A stretch of DNA of 63,661 bases, the filler included, from Neolecta irregularis DAH-3 (taxonomy: Eukaryota): NCBI GenBank assembly GCA_001929475.1. It is 6 parts of 6 records of this genome, joined end to end, with 100 filler letters (N's around TTAATTAATTAA, not from the genome) between each part and the next. Parts side by side here need not be neighbours in the genome. Positions count along the whole stretch, not along the records: positions 37,704 to 57,356 come from LXFE01000503.1; 5 more parts are not named here. One strand, 5' to 3'. A program made the translations under genes and the position numbers. Every line of letters starts with the position of its first letter. Positions within the stretch are counted from its first letter, which is position 1. Shown in pieces: positions 37,704 through 49,968 of this stretch. A model generated the notes under the pieces. The model was not told the DNA's origin. It ran no database searches and saw only the letters and a program-made list of their open reading frames with translations.

Positions 37704-39449
37704 TCCTCCACTTCAATCAGTCCAAGCAGTGAGATTTGGACATATAAATGTGGAGCGCACCAAACGCGAACCTAAAATTACAATTTGTTAAAGCCACATT
37801 TTACGAAATTTAGCGCGCGCCAAACGCAGCCCAAGTACAGTCCAATTTATATAGGTGCAATCGCGAATTCACTAAATAACCAAAATTTCTAATATAAAAT
37901 GATTTATATCTGGCCATTTCTCTAGTTGGTGTAAGTATGTGCAAATTGCAATATACAGAGTTCACGACGAATCATCGGGATCAGGGTGTCTCGTGTTCCG
38001 CGACAAATCGTGCCAGCAGAACTTAAAGCAAAAGGAAATTAATCCAGTCATACAGCTGGATTCAAACAAAACGACCACTACTGAGATCAGAATTTAAAGG
38101 CGAAACTAAAGGTCTACCAACAAACTCGTTATCAGAAAGTCAAGGTGGGAATCTTTGAGGAAGCATCACACAGGAGAGCAATATTCAAAATGCATGACAG
38201 GAAAATGTAATTCCCAAGAGCAGAGGCTTATCAGGGAAGGCAGGGGCTTAGAAATCTGTCCGCCCAATCGCCCTCCGGAGCCTCTCCCGGCGGCCTCCTC
38301 CTAAAAACTGGCACATCTGATCTCTAATAAAGACATCAAAGAATTATTTCTGGTATGACTGAAATGACTGCAAACTCTTTCCATTGCAATCTCATGTTTA
38401 ACCCTGAAACATTTGAGTTCTCTCATACTTTTTTTGAGAGTACAGCTGTTCGAAGGTCTCGAAAGAATATCAACCCAGATTGGCCAGCAGAATAATTCGA
38501 ACCTGACGGTTCAATAAGTGACTATACATCTCTGGCCAACATCTGGATGGCTTGCGATTTCTCGTCAGAGGGGTAGAAATCGTCGTTATAAACCTCCCGG
38601 AATACTGCGTAGTCGACTTCAAATTCATTGCTTGTTGAAAGAGAGCCAGAGCTTCTTTTCCGTTCATTTTATCATCAAAACCTTCCCTGTTCATCAAATA
38701 TAACCAATTATCGTCATGGTTTTCCACTTTTGTCAAATATACCAAAACTTCTGATCGTTCTTTGGACATTGGCTGGTCTAGTAGACATTGGCTAGTCTAG
38801 TACTATCGCATAATGACCAGGCCCGAATGACGCGACGAATATGTGTATATCCTCATTATCAATGAAAAGCACCTTTTCAATTGGATCGTAAATAGTCGTT
38901 ATGCCTCGACCAAGGACAAAATATATCAAGACAAGCCAAGAAATGGTGGCAACCGATTCTGAAGGTTCAATTTCCGTTTTTCCTGAAAATTATTCCCAAG
39001 ATTTGACACCCTCCAAATCTTTCTTGTCAGAAAATGCCTCAAGTTGGGTAATTGGTCTCTGAAATTCCGAAATATCCCCCCCCAGAACACCATTTCTTGA
39101 AATCGATTGCGATTGCTATCTCAAACATCGTGCAAAGCAGGTTATTTGAAAGGAAAGAGGTTGCTATGAACACTTTGCACAAATATCTGGCGTCAAGGCA
39201 TGCTTTAGCACACATGTTTATTCCTTCGAAATTGTCTGTGTTTTCCAGAAGGACAATGGGATACACATTGCATCCCAGATTTACTCCAAATAAATAGGAA
39301 GTCCATCTTTCGAATCATAGTCTGTAATTGCGCCAATCTAAAAATATTTCTTTAACCTCTTCCTGAATCATCCAAATGCATCCAAGCTTGTAATTAGGTT
39401 CATGAGAAGATATATATCATCGTATGAGATTTGATAGAGTTGCGATGGG

Positions 39450-40404
39450 CTATTCAGTATCGTCATCGTCGCTAGAATGCTTCTTTCTTTTCAGGTTGTC
39501 AGTTTGTTCATCGATATCCCGTTCAAAGATCCACATTCTATTTTGTCATCATCGATACAAAGTATTCCTACCTTGCGCTCCTCTCTTCCCCCTTCCAAGA
39601 GTGTTTTCGTTCACCGATTGTACATTGATGAGCATAACCAGGATACATTGAACCGTCGAATTTCCGACTTGTACGAAGGCGCAGACCAGTGTTCCGCGCG
39701 AGAGACTTGATATTCCAAAGCGTATATGGTAGAGTGTCTGCCAAACTGATTACCACAGTACCTTGTCCTGAAAGAAGTGTCTGCAGTGACTGAAAGAATG
39801 CGAGTAACATCTCTTGATTCGCACGTATGTTTCGGTCTTGATCCTTTATTGAGAGCCCTATCGGTCAGTTCGATGACCAAGAAGCAGACATCACACCCAC
39901 ATGGGGAAAGTTGAATATGATATGATCAAACTTGCGGTCGTTGAGGATTTTGGTTCCAAGATTAGTAGCATCAATGCCATATATTATCTGTGCTGATCAG
40001 TGACTTGATTGAAGAAAGACAAGATACCTGAGCGCCGCTAGCTTCTATTGAAGATATATGCTCTTGGACATGAGGATATTTTTCCTTTAGGTCTCTGAGC
40101 GAGTCATAGCTTGTAGCTACTACTTTTTCCGGTGCTAGATGATGGTAATCAATCAAGCTTGCTGCAAATGAGAAATCTCCTTCTTTTCAACAAATATTTT
40201 GCCAAGATGAATCGTACCCTCGCCAACTAATAAAATGCTAGACTCTTTTTCAAAAGGGACGGTCTCTCTATGACTTTTCAAAGTTTTAGCTTGTTGTTTT
40301 TTCAAGTTTTTTGTTGTCGTTGAAGCTTGTTGTTTATGATTTGCAAAAGATTTCCTCAGATCAGTCGCATTTGCCAGTTTACGTTTCTTCATTTTGCCTC
40401 TCAT
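39450..40404 (-). CDS. BMT5: 25S rRNA uridine-N3 methyltransferase (DUF2431)
   Basis: ILLVGEG/DFSFA, ATSYDS, FDHIIFNFPHVG, PYTLWNIKSLA, YPGYAHQCT. Confidence 0.9.
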
Positions 40405-40503
40405 TGGGACAGTTTTTTTATTCTGTAGACATATTCTGGAAGGATTCCGAGATCATTTTGCACGTCAACACACAACTCCAAATATCCCCACACAAAATAA
40501 TAA

Positions 40504-43500
40504 ATGGCGATGAAATCATCGGCTCGGACCAGAGATCCTCGGTTCGACGACAATAGTCCTAATTTTCGCGCCAAGTGTCGAAATGGCAAGGAGAAAGACA
40601 GGGAAAATGTCTGGGACTTGGGTGCAAGGGCCGGATGGGGTTTAGACCTCGAATATGAACGGCGATCGTCGGAACCAGGCAATCCAGATGATACTATAGA
40701 GGGTTACGAGTTTAACAGAACAATATCTAATGGTATAGGCGTTTTGCGGAAACTCGATCAAGAATGGGATGTTTTGACAGGGGACGATGTATACAACCGA
40801 CTTGTTTTGGCATGTTAAATTTGATTCAGACCTCGCCAATCGCAATAGCCTTGCAGCTACTCGACTCTTCATCTCTCGGAATGTCATACGAGTCCTTTCT
40901 TGGAATAAAAGCTCGCTTGGATAAAACTCTACAGTCTGTTGTAAACGAACACTCTCAGACGTTCAACAGTTCGATTGGCACGTACAATGGCCTAATGCAT
41001 AATATCACATCGTCGCAAGAATACATTCGTCAGATGAAGCAAAAATTGGTTAATAGCAAGCAAGAATTTACAGCCAAGCGGATGGACCTGTTGCAACTCT
41101 CCGATCGGAGCACACAGTATTTGGAGATGATTCAACTTCTCGAGACAATGTAATTCACTTGTCGATAGCTATTAATTTATGAAGAGAAAATATCAAAAAC
41201 ACGCCTGAAAAACTAGAGGCTTTACTATCAGAGAAGAGATTCTATGCCGCAGCCCAACTTTTCATGAATTCGATGCGAACGGTCAACAAGAAGGACATGT
41301 TGAACATTGCTGCTTTGAACGATATGAGGTCATATCTCCGAAACCAAGAACTCGCAAGTATAATTACCCAAAGGATACTTATCTTTTAGTCGCTGTTTGA
41401 TATTCTCATTGAAGAATTACATGATCATCTTTTCCTGAAATCCAGTTATTCTGACAATAGGTGGATGTCTTGGATAGCAGGACAGGACGAGTGTACGTTT
41501 GTCCACCTGCAGACTTTTTTACCTTTACAGTGCCTATCCTGGATCCGTCTTTCCATGTTTCTGCTGTTACTAGTCAAAGTCAACCTTCTGCTCCAATTGA
41601 CTGTCAAAAGAAGAGCTCGTCTGTCTGTATGGCGAACCTTGAACGCCATTTGATTGGATAGTTACGGGAAAAAAGCCACTAGACTATTTTCTTGGAACAT
41701 TTGTCCCTGAAGAAAAGGTTCAGCTTTTTGATTATTCACATTAAAAAGATAGGTTTATGAAGATATGTCCAAGAACCCGGAAGAAGATTCGTTTGGCTAT
41801 ATTCGGTTGCTAGTCGAATCACTTCATGTTTTACAAAAACTTCCCCAAGCAATCGACATCTTGTCGCAAAGGCTTCCAGTGGAGATCCATCAGCTGGTGG
41901 ACAAAACCATTGCCGAAGTTAATTCTCGGCATTCGCTTAGTCTTGGCGAGACAATTGGAGCAAGAGGGCCCACGGATCGCACCAACCTCGATATAAACGA
42001 TGATTCTACTCACAGCGAAGTTCTCCAAGACCTGTTTTGGACTCTTTATTCGAAAACGGACGCAGTTTTGCAGGGCGAGAGGGTTGTATACGATGTAATC
42101 AAGGCCATAGAATCGAGATTGCGTAAAGTGTCAAAGGAAGCCATCGATGGTGACATTTTGCATTACACATTTCTGGATATTTGGAAACCTATGCAAAGTG
42201 AAGTACGAACAAATTATTTTGGGTTTTTGCTGATGCCAAGATACGTTCAATGCTCCGTGATTACCTAGCCGATAATAGTCGCGGCGGCACTCCAGCTCAT
42301 CAATCTTCTCGAATAGTAAAGGATGTAGTCAGCGTTCGAATCAAATCAAAGGCAAGTGCTTTCAATAGTATTCTGACTTTAGAAAATATTCAAATTATCC
42401 GATTTAGACGAAGGCGAACAAGTTCAAGATGACACTGCTGAGCTTGACCGAATTCTAGGAGATGCTGTTCCGGGGCTTTTATTTCAAAAAGGCGGGAAAA
42501 TCGATTCTCATCTACAAACTCAAATCGGAACTAAAGGAGACGTTCTCAAAAGCCACAAAACATTGGTTTCACCAAATGTTTTCAATATTTCTTTACTACT
42601 TCAACCGACGGTAGCGTTCTTGGAGCGCGTCAAGGAAATCAAACCTCTAGCGTATAAATATTTACTGCTAGTCTAATAAATAGAACAGGAGAGAAATCAA
42701 CAGCATTTACCTCATTTCTGGACGATTTTCTAGTCAATGTATTTTTACCTCAACTCGAGGATACAATTGTGGATTTATTCAACACTGCAACGAAAGGATC
42801 TGAAGTTTTTCAAGAATTGGAGTCGTGGAAGAAATTCGGGCAGTACCCGATATTCAAGGTATATAAAGAGTTATTGCCTCTAGCTTATGCTTAGGGAATG
42901 CACGCTGTGCAAAAGTTGATACGTAAAGTGTGTCAGTTATTTGGTTCGATGCCGTACGCCGACGATGGATATAGTCAATTGGTAATTGGACTGTTGATCA
43001 AATTTTATCAAAAGTGCTTTGATAAATATAAAGGTAAAGAGCTGGTTAGATGTATTTAACAATTAGATCTTATTTCTCGTGAAATACCTGAACCATTATC
43101 ACCATTATCGCCCCGATCACCGGTGACTCCTAAGTCGCCATCTTCTGCAGTCAACAACGCCACTACAGCCTCAAAGATCAGTGCTCAATGGGCTTACGAG
43201 CAAGGTCTTCATGATATCATGTTTGCCTTTATGGACCGGTCGTTTAATGAAGAGAAACAACAATCTATAGATTTGATGGTCAAGGTATGATGTTTTGTAG
43301 GTATGCTTGACCCAAAGGAAATTGAAACGCAAGTCTTGTTGGCATCTGAGGCGGCTATATCTCCAGACGATATGTGCGATCGGAATATTTTGCATGAGCT
43401 GGGTATGATGTACAGCAGCTTGGTAAGACTTGTATGCTGCATCCAGACTGATTATTCGAAATGGTTTGTGAGTAGAATCAATTTGCTACGAATGGTGAAT

Positions 43501-44495
43501 CTCGCCAGTGATTCTGGGCAAAAGATGGACGCAGGTGCTATGGAAGTATGATTTCTTCAAGTGGTTATATACTAATATTAGAAACGACTTACACGTACAT
43601 GGACCATGCGAGCCGAAAATGGTAAAGCTCTGAAACAGTCTGGACGAGCGGGCCAAAAGGATAGTGATGTAAAGTTGAAGATGACTAAAGAAGTCATGAG
43701 GTTTGAGGAAACCACATTACTTTGCAACTTACTAGCAGTCGATTTGATGCTCTCCTTGCAACGTATCAGCAACTTGCCGAGACTTGTCTCTTTACCATTC
43801 GATCAGAAATTCGGATCCATGTGTTGTACTACCTCAGTTTAGTGATGGGTAATGGCACTTTGGTTATTGTCCAAGAAGATACAGGCGTTCCTGATCCGTT
43901 TGTGATTGAACTCAACTCTGATCTAGCGTCGTGTTTAGATCAGACAGCAATAACTTTACCACCTCGCGAGAACCGGTACTGTCATCTTTTACTTTTCTAA
44001 TTTAGATTTGTTCATCTTGGTATTGGAAGATTGATTGACCATATTCTTATGCGGAACTACGGAAAGATACGTCAGGTGTATCGACCTGGGATATCGATGT
44101 TGCAAAGGGACGCCAGAACATTAGAGCAGAATCTCAAAGGTTTAGTAAACCTTCAAAACGCAAACCTTTACCGTGCGCTTGAATATCTTGCACTATTAAA
44201 AGTTGACCCAGAGGTTTTTATTATTTCTTTTATTATATATCGCTAATTATAGGAATTACTAAGACTAGTCAAGGAGCATAAAGTAGAGAAATTCAATTGC
44301 GAGCAATTGAAACTATTATTATCGCTACAATATTCCGAAAGACTAGGAAAATGCACCAAACGCGAGTCTTCGTTACTAATTCGACGACAATACCGGGACC
44401 AATCAATGGAACTCGAAGAATTAATCTGGCGAAAAGAGTCAAAAGAGGTGAACTCCTCGACGCCGCCGCCGTCGTCGTCAACTTTTGTACAATAA
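40504..44495 (+). CDS. SEC8: Exocyst subunit Sec8 (many introns)
   Basis: ALQLLDSSSLG, VNEHSQTFNSSIGTY, DILIEELHDHLFLKS, NPEEDSFGYI, FLDDFLVNVFLPQLE. Confidence 0.93.
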
Positions 44496-44517
44496 TAATA
44501 AAAAAAGATCGGGTTAC

Positions 44518-46974
44518 TTATAAATGCACGTTCAAGATATCGCCTGTGCCGAAATTTTGGTTACAGCTCGGACACCTTCGTTGTCTTGTTTCAATTTGTT
44601 TATCCACACAGGCCTTGCAGAATAAATGGCCACATTTAGTAATAGCGACTTGTTTCCATTCCTTTTTGCAAACGGAACAAAGTGACGCTTGCTTTTATAG
44701 AATTAGTCTTGTGAAAAAAATCTAAATTTGTTGGTACCCTGTAAACTTGAAGATGTTGATTTGATCCGTTTTCAGAAGACGAACAAGATTCGAGAAACGA
44801 CATTTTTAAAGACAATTTCCGTGATTCCAATTCCGCTTGATTTTTAGCTTCAATTTCAGATTTAATATATTGTGTAGTAAATGATTTTGCATCACGCAAC
44901 TATTAGGATCAGCAACGATTAATATTTCAGATTAATCTTGAAGACTTACTGCCTCGATTTCCCGTTTAAAATATGTATTTTTATCGGATAGGGTTTGTAT
45001 TTCTTGTTGTTTAAGGTTCAGGTCGACTTCATATTTATCTAGAGTTAATTTAAGCAATTGTTCAGTGCGTTCATGGATAGCCTATAATTAGCCTCTTATG
45101 CTTGATACGACTATTTACCAATTTCTCTAAAACGGGTTTTTCAGAGGCTTGTAATTTTTTGATGATTTCGCCTGTTTTAGATAAATCTGATTTGAGGGTT
45201 TTAATTTCCATGGAGAGGGTGTCTTTTGATTTCATTGCTGAATAGAATTTTTGATCGGCTTTTGCTTTCTGGAGGTTATTATTGTTAACCCGCGGAGAAG
45301 GGACGTGCCTCGGTTTGGGCCTTTTTTATTTTGAGGTGGGAATCGGAGAGGTCGAGGAGTTTTGAAATGGAGAGCTGATGGGCCTTGTTGAATGCGGATT
45401 CTAGTGCAGGGAGTTCTGTGGCGAGACTTGCATTTTGCTAAAGTTTGCTAAGAAAATAATCAAGAGATACCTTTTCGAGACGGGCAACTTTTTGAAGGAG
45501 TTCGTCTTGAGACATTTCTTGGAGTGATTGTGATATTTGGACCGGAGGATTTGATTTCCAGCGGTCTAGTTCGAGTTCTAGAGCGTGGATGCGGCTCTGG
45601 GATTAGCGGGAAACAAAAGAACAAGAACCAATCTTGCGTCTGAGAGTTGGGAAATTTGGGCGGCAGCTTGGAGATCTGCGTCTGCGGCGGCTTTGCGCAT
45701 TGCGAGTTCTGAGACGAGTTCGTCGCGCATGCTTCTGATGCGGGTGAGATCAGCGGAAGTGCGGCTGAGCTGGGCGTTCATTTCGTCGAGGGCGGTGTTT
45801 TGTTCTGCGAGCAGTTTGTGTTTGAAGGCGTCGTTGTCGTTTGAGATTTGCAATAGCGTGTCTGCAAGAGCCTGGTTCTGGTGGTTGAGCATCTCGAGGA
45901 GCTGCGGGGATTCGACAAGAGGCGGCGGCTGCGTGTGTGCCGACTGGAGAATTAGCAGCCGGCGCAGAATATACTTGCCTCTGATTTGAGCCGTTCGAGC
46001 TGGAGGAGCAGTTTTGCATAGCGGTCGGTGATGTCTGCGAGCTGCTGCGACTGGGTTTCGTGCAGCGCCGTGAGCTGGACGAGTTTCTGGGAGTCGGCGA
46101 GCGAATCCGGGGATGGTTTCGCGGGTTCTCTGTCTGCTGGTTCTGCTGGTTCTTCCTGTTTCAGGATGCGTTTGAGCGTCAGGCTCTTTCCGCGGTCGAC
46201 GGCGCGGTGCACCGCTTTGAGATTGTACGTGAGCTGTGCGATGCGGGAATCTTTCTCGTCTTTTTCTACGGCGGCGCGTTCGAGCTGGTGTCGCAGCTGC
46301 TTGGTGTCGAGCGACAGAGCGCGGATCTTGTCGAGCAGCGACTGAGTTTGCGGTGGGAGTGCTGCAATCGCAGCATCGAGTCTGGGAACAGCGGCGGTGA
46401 GAATCGCAAGGGTCGACTCGCGCTTGGCTTCGAGCAGGCAGCGGAAGCGCGTCGGGTCCGCGAACAGCGAGTGCAGCGAGTGGCCGCTCGCATCTTTGTA
46501 GTTAACGCTCGCATCTTTGTAGTTAACGCCCGCATCTTTGTAGTTAACGCCCGCATCTTTGTGGTTAACGCCCGCATCTTTGTGGTTAATGCCCGCATCT
46601 CGCTGGTTAACGCCCGCATCTTTCTGGCTGGTTCCATCTCGCTGATTGACGCCCTGGCCAATCCCCGCCTCTCGCTGATTCCCCCCCAAACTGCCCATTT
46701 CCTCAGCCAGCTGCGCCCACCACACGTCCATCTCGCGCATCGCACTGTCGTAGTGTGCATACGTCTTGCGCACCGTTTGCAGTTCGTCAAACAGCTGCGA
46801 ATGCTGCCGCCGCGACTCCTGCAGCGCCCGCCAAAGGGCTTCGCGCTGAAACGCTTCGACTTCCTGTTGCACGAGCTGGAAATGGCTGCGTTTGGCGGGC
46901 GGGCACTCGTCGCTGCTCTCCAGGCGCCGTTTGCGTTCTTCCATTGGTGGTGAGTGCGTTTCCCTAAACACCAT
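44518..46974 (-). CDS. BRE1: E3 ubiquitin ligase Bre1 (start 46974 or 46944)
   Basis: FQREALWRALQE, coiled coils, EKAKADQKFYSAMK, C-terminal RING CSVC..KCGHLFCKAC..RRCPSC. Confidence 0.92.
46486..46664. repeat. In-frame 21-bp minisatellite within BRE1 (DAGVNYK-type heptads)
   Basis: GCCCGCATCTTTGTAGTTAAC unit, about 6 clear copies plus degenerate ones. Confidence 0.92.
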
Positions 46975-47783
46975 GCCAGAAATAAATCCGGGATCTGTGA
47001 AAATGGCTGATCTGTGCCGCGATCTGCGTACTGGCCGGAAATCTCGCTGTACAGATCAAAGTACAAAGAGAGAACCGCTCTCAATATCGTCTAATCCTAA
47101 TACCAATACTACCACCACCCCTTCAGGTGCCCCCCAAGTCAGAGTCGTAGACGGCCAAATCGTAATCGACGAATCATCTCTCCAGGTAGACAGGACACTG
47201 CGTGACGCAGACCCCGCACGGCACCTCGAATACATCGAAGAAAGCTCCATAAACCGCAGAGTAACCTGCTTGACCTGGGGAAAACAACTCAAAAACGAAA
47301 AATGGGACTCCCAGTCAACCCTGCTCTTTTACGAGGTTTCTCTATTTCCCTGCCTTCTAATACCAGGGCTTGAACCTCTGGGGCACAGACTTTGAAATGA
47401 TTGCCCAAATGTTTCCAAACAGAAACAGACGCAATATTCGAAATAAATTTAACAACGAAGAACGCAAAGATCCCTCAAATATAACTCTCGCCCTCCGCAC
47501 AAAAAAACCACTAGGTGCGTTGATTTTATACCAAACTAACATAGACTTGGAGGAATACAGTAGACTTGCTGGGACCACATTCCGCAGCATCGTTGAAATA
47601 GAAGCTGATCTAGAACAACTCAAAACAGACTTTTATTCCACAAGAAAGGAAAACCAAAAAGCTGCAGAACGATTGCTCCAAGAGTCAAAGCAGTCTCTAC
47701 CGAATGAAAAGAAAGAATCGTCTATACAGCCAGATGAAGAAATAGTCGGCCAAATCGATATGAATATATACTCTAGTACATAA
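46973..47783 (+). CDS. BDP1: TFIIIB subunit Bdp1 (SANT domain), compact form
   Basis: MADLCRD, APQVRVVDGQIVIDESSL, W..FYE/GLNLWGTDFEMIAQMFPNRNRRNIRNKFNNEER. Confidence 0.88.
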
Positions 47784-47916
47784 ACAAAAAGATCTCCTTC
47801 TCTCCTATATTTTAGTATTATTACCTCTTTTTCTTTTGTACATTAAATATTTTAGCTACATCTCTCTGTTTATAATTTAGGTGCGCCTCGTCAGCCTTGC
47901 TCCGCGACTTCTCATC

Positions 47917-49193
47917 ATGAAATTGACTCTGAAAAACTTGAAACAGGAAAGGTTTATAGTCGACGTCGAACCTTTTTTCACCGTATCCTAAGGTAATTTT
48001 CCATCTGATAATCTAGATCCTCCAGGTCAAGGAAAAAATCACACAAGATCAAGGTTATGACGTAGCTCAACAAAAATTGATTTATTCCGGTATTTACTTG
48101 GCTGTGATTTCTTAATTAAATATAGGACGTATCCTCGCAGATGACCGGACAGTCGAGTCGTACGATATCAAAGAAAAAGATTTCGTGGTGTGCATGGTTT
48201 CAAAAGTACGATTTTTGCTGTTAGGAATTGACTTTCCAGCCAAAAATTGCTCCAGCTGTTAAACAGGAAAAAGAAAAAGAATCAACTGCTGAGCCTGAAA
48301 ATGCACCTGCAACTGCACCCGCAAATGCACCTGAAAATGCAGGGTTTGGAGATACAGGCGCCCTGGCAACTGGTCAAAACAGGGAAACTGTAATCGCCAA
48401 TTTGATGGAAATGGGATACGAAAAAGCTCTTGTAGAAAAAGCCATGCGCGCAGCATTCAATAATCCAGACCGCGCAGCAGAATATCTTCTCACGGTATTC
48501 TACTCTATAAATTATTTTAAAACATCAGGGAATCCCTCAACATCTAGCAAGAGAAACACCTTCTCAACCAGCAGCACCATCCACTCCGGCACTAACTTCT
48601 CATCCTGACCTTGGAAACTTGTTTGAAGCAGCAGCCCAAGCAGCTCAATCTACCCGAAGCAGACCAGCAGCATCCACAAGCGATTCTAATCCGCTATCTT
48701 CAATTTTAGGCGCTGGAGGTGAAGGAAACCTCGATTTCCTACGTGAAAACCCACAATTCCAACAACTTCGTCAAATGATTCATTCACAACCTCAAATGAT
48801 CGGGCCAATCCTCCAACAACTAAGCGCTTCAAATCCTGAAATCGCTCAATTGATAACTGATCATCCTAATGAATTTCTACGGATTTTAACTGATGGAGCG
48901 GCTGGTGGTCCTGTCGATGATGAAGAAGGAACGCTACCTCCAGGCGCAATCCAAATCCAAATCACAGAAGACGAGAGAGCAGCTATAGAAAGGGTGAACA
49001 CTTTTACCTGTTATTTTTAACCTGTATAGTTACAGGACCTCGGATTTGACAGGAATGTGGTAATTCAAGCTTATTTCGCTTGCGACAAGAATGAAGAGGT
49101 TCGTTTTACTCTTGATTCTCTTTTTTCGTATTTATAATTTAGATGGCTGCGAATTACCTGTTTGAACATGGCCATGATGATATGGAGGAATAA
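47917..49193 (+). CDS. RAD23: UV excision repair / proteasome shuttle Rad23
   Basis: UBL MKLTLKNLKQ..QKLIYSG, UBA MRAAFNNPDRAAEYLL, LDFLRENPQFQQLR, QAYFACDKNEE..ANYLFE. Confidence 0.96.
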
Positions 49194-49369
49194 TAAACCA
49201 GTCGTTTTAGTCTTCCTTTCATTTGTACAATTCAATCAGATTGCATCTAGACTTGATTATATCGTGATTATTTCAGTTTCTGCAATACTTGCTGAATTGA
49301 TAATGGTACTGATTCCCGGGATAATAAAGTTCCACGGAATTTAAAAGAATTCCCAAATAGAATACACAA

Positions 49370-49830
49370 TTACCCGCCAATCTTTTTCCACTTGAAAAAT
49401 GTAAAAGCCGGTTGAATGACTATTCTTGAAAACCATGGCATGAGCATGAAACTCAACCCTACTCGAACCGGTAACAAAACCTAAATATGTTCATCAAAGA
49501 ATGAAATTATACTGATACCTTGACAACAGCCCAAGCAGCCGCAAGTTCAAATACCATTCTAGCACTTTTCTCCACATCAAAGCGGACAAATCCCAATTTC
49601 TGAATCATCTTTGCCGTTTTTTCGGAACCAGCTTGGATGTTCTGCGTTCCTATAGGTGGCGTCCACTTTAACCAATGAAAAATATAAAATAAGATAGGGA
49701 TAGGCGCGATTGCTGTTATTTCATGTAACACTAAGAAAGAAACTATATGCGGCAATGGATGAGCTTTAAGACGCTGAGTGTATGGTAATAATCGGTTTGA
49801 AAGACGTTTTGAAAGGCGCAGTGGACGCAT
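49370..49830 (-). CDS. MRX11: Mrx11/YPL041C-family mitochondrial membrane protein
   Basis: SFLVLHEITAIAP, AAAWAVVK/VLLPVRVGLS..PWF. Confidence 0.75.
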
Positions 49831-49968
49831 TGCGAAAATATGTTTTTGTGAGGTGTATTTGAGACATTGGAACTATATTGCACTAGTGTAATTGCGAGCA
49901 CTTTGATGAAATAGCGTTATGTCGAACTGCCTGGATCCAAAGGTAACTACGTATATTGAATATTTGGT

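Noticed and set aside
46028-47084. Long alternative-frame and antisense ORFs (297 aa, 272 aa) over BRE1
   Set aside because: Expected from high GC and the in-frame 21-bp repeat; no independent coding signal
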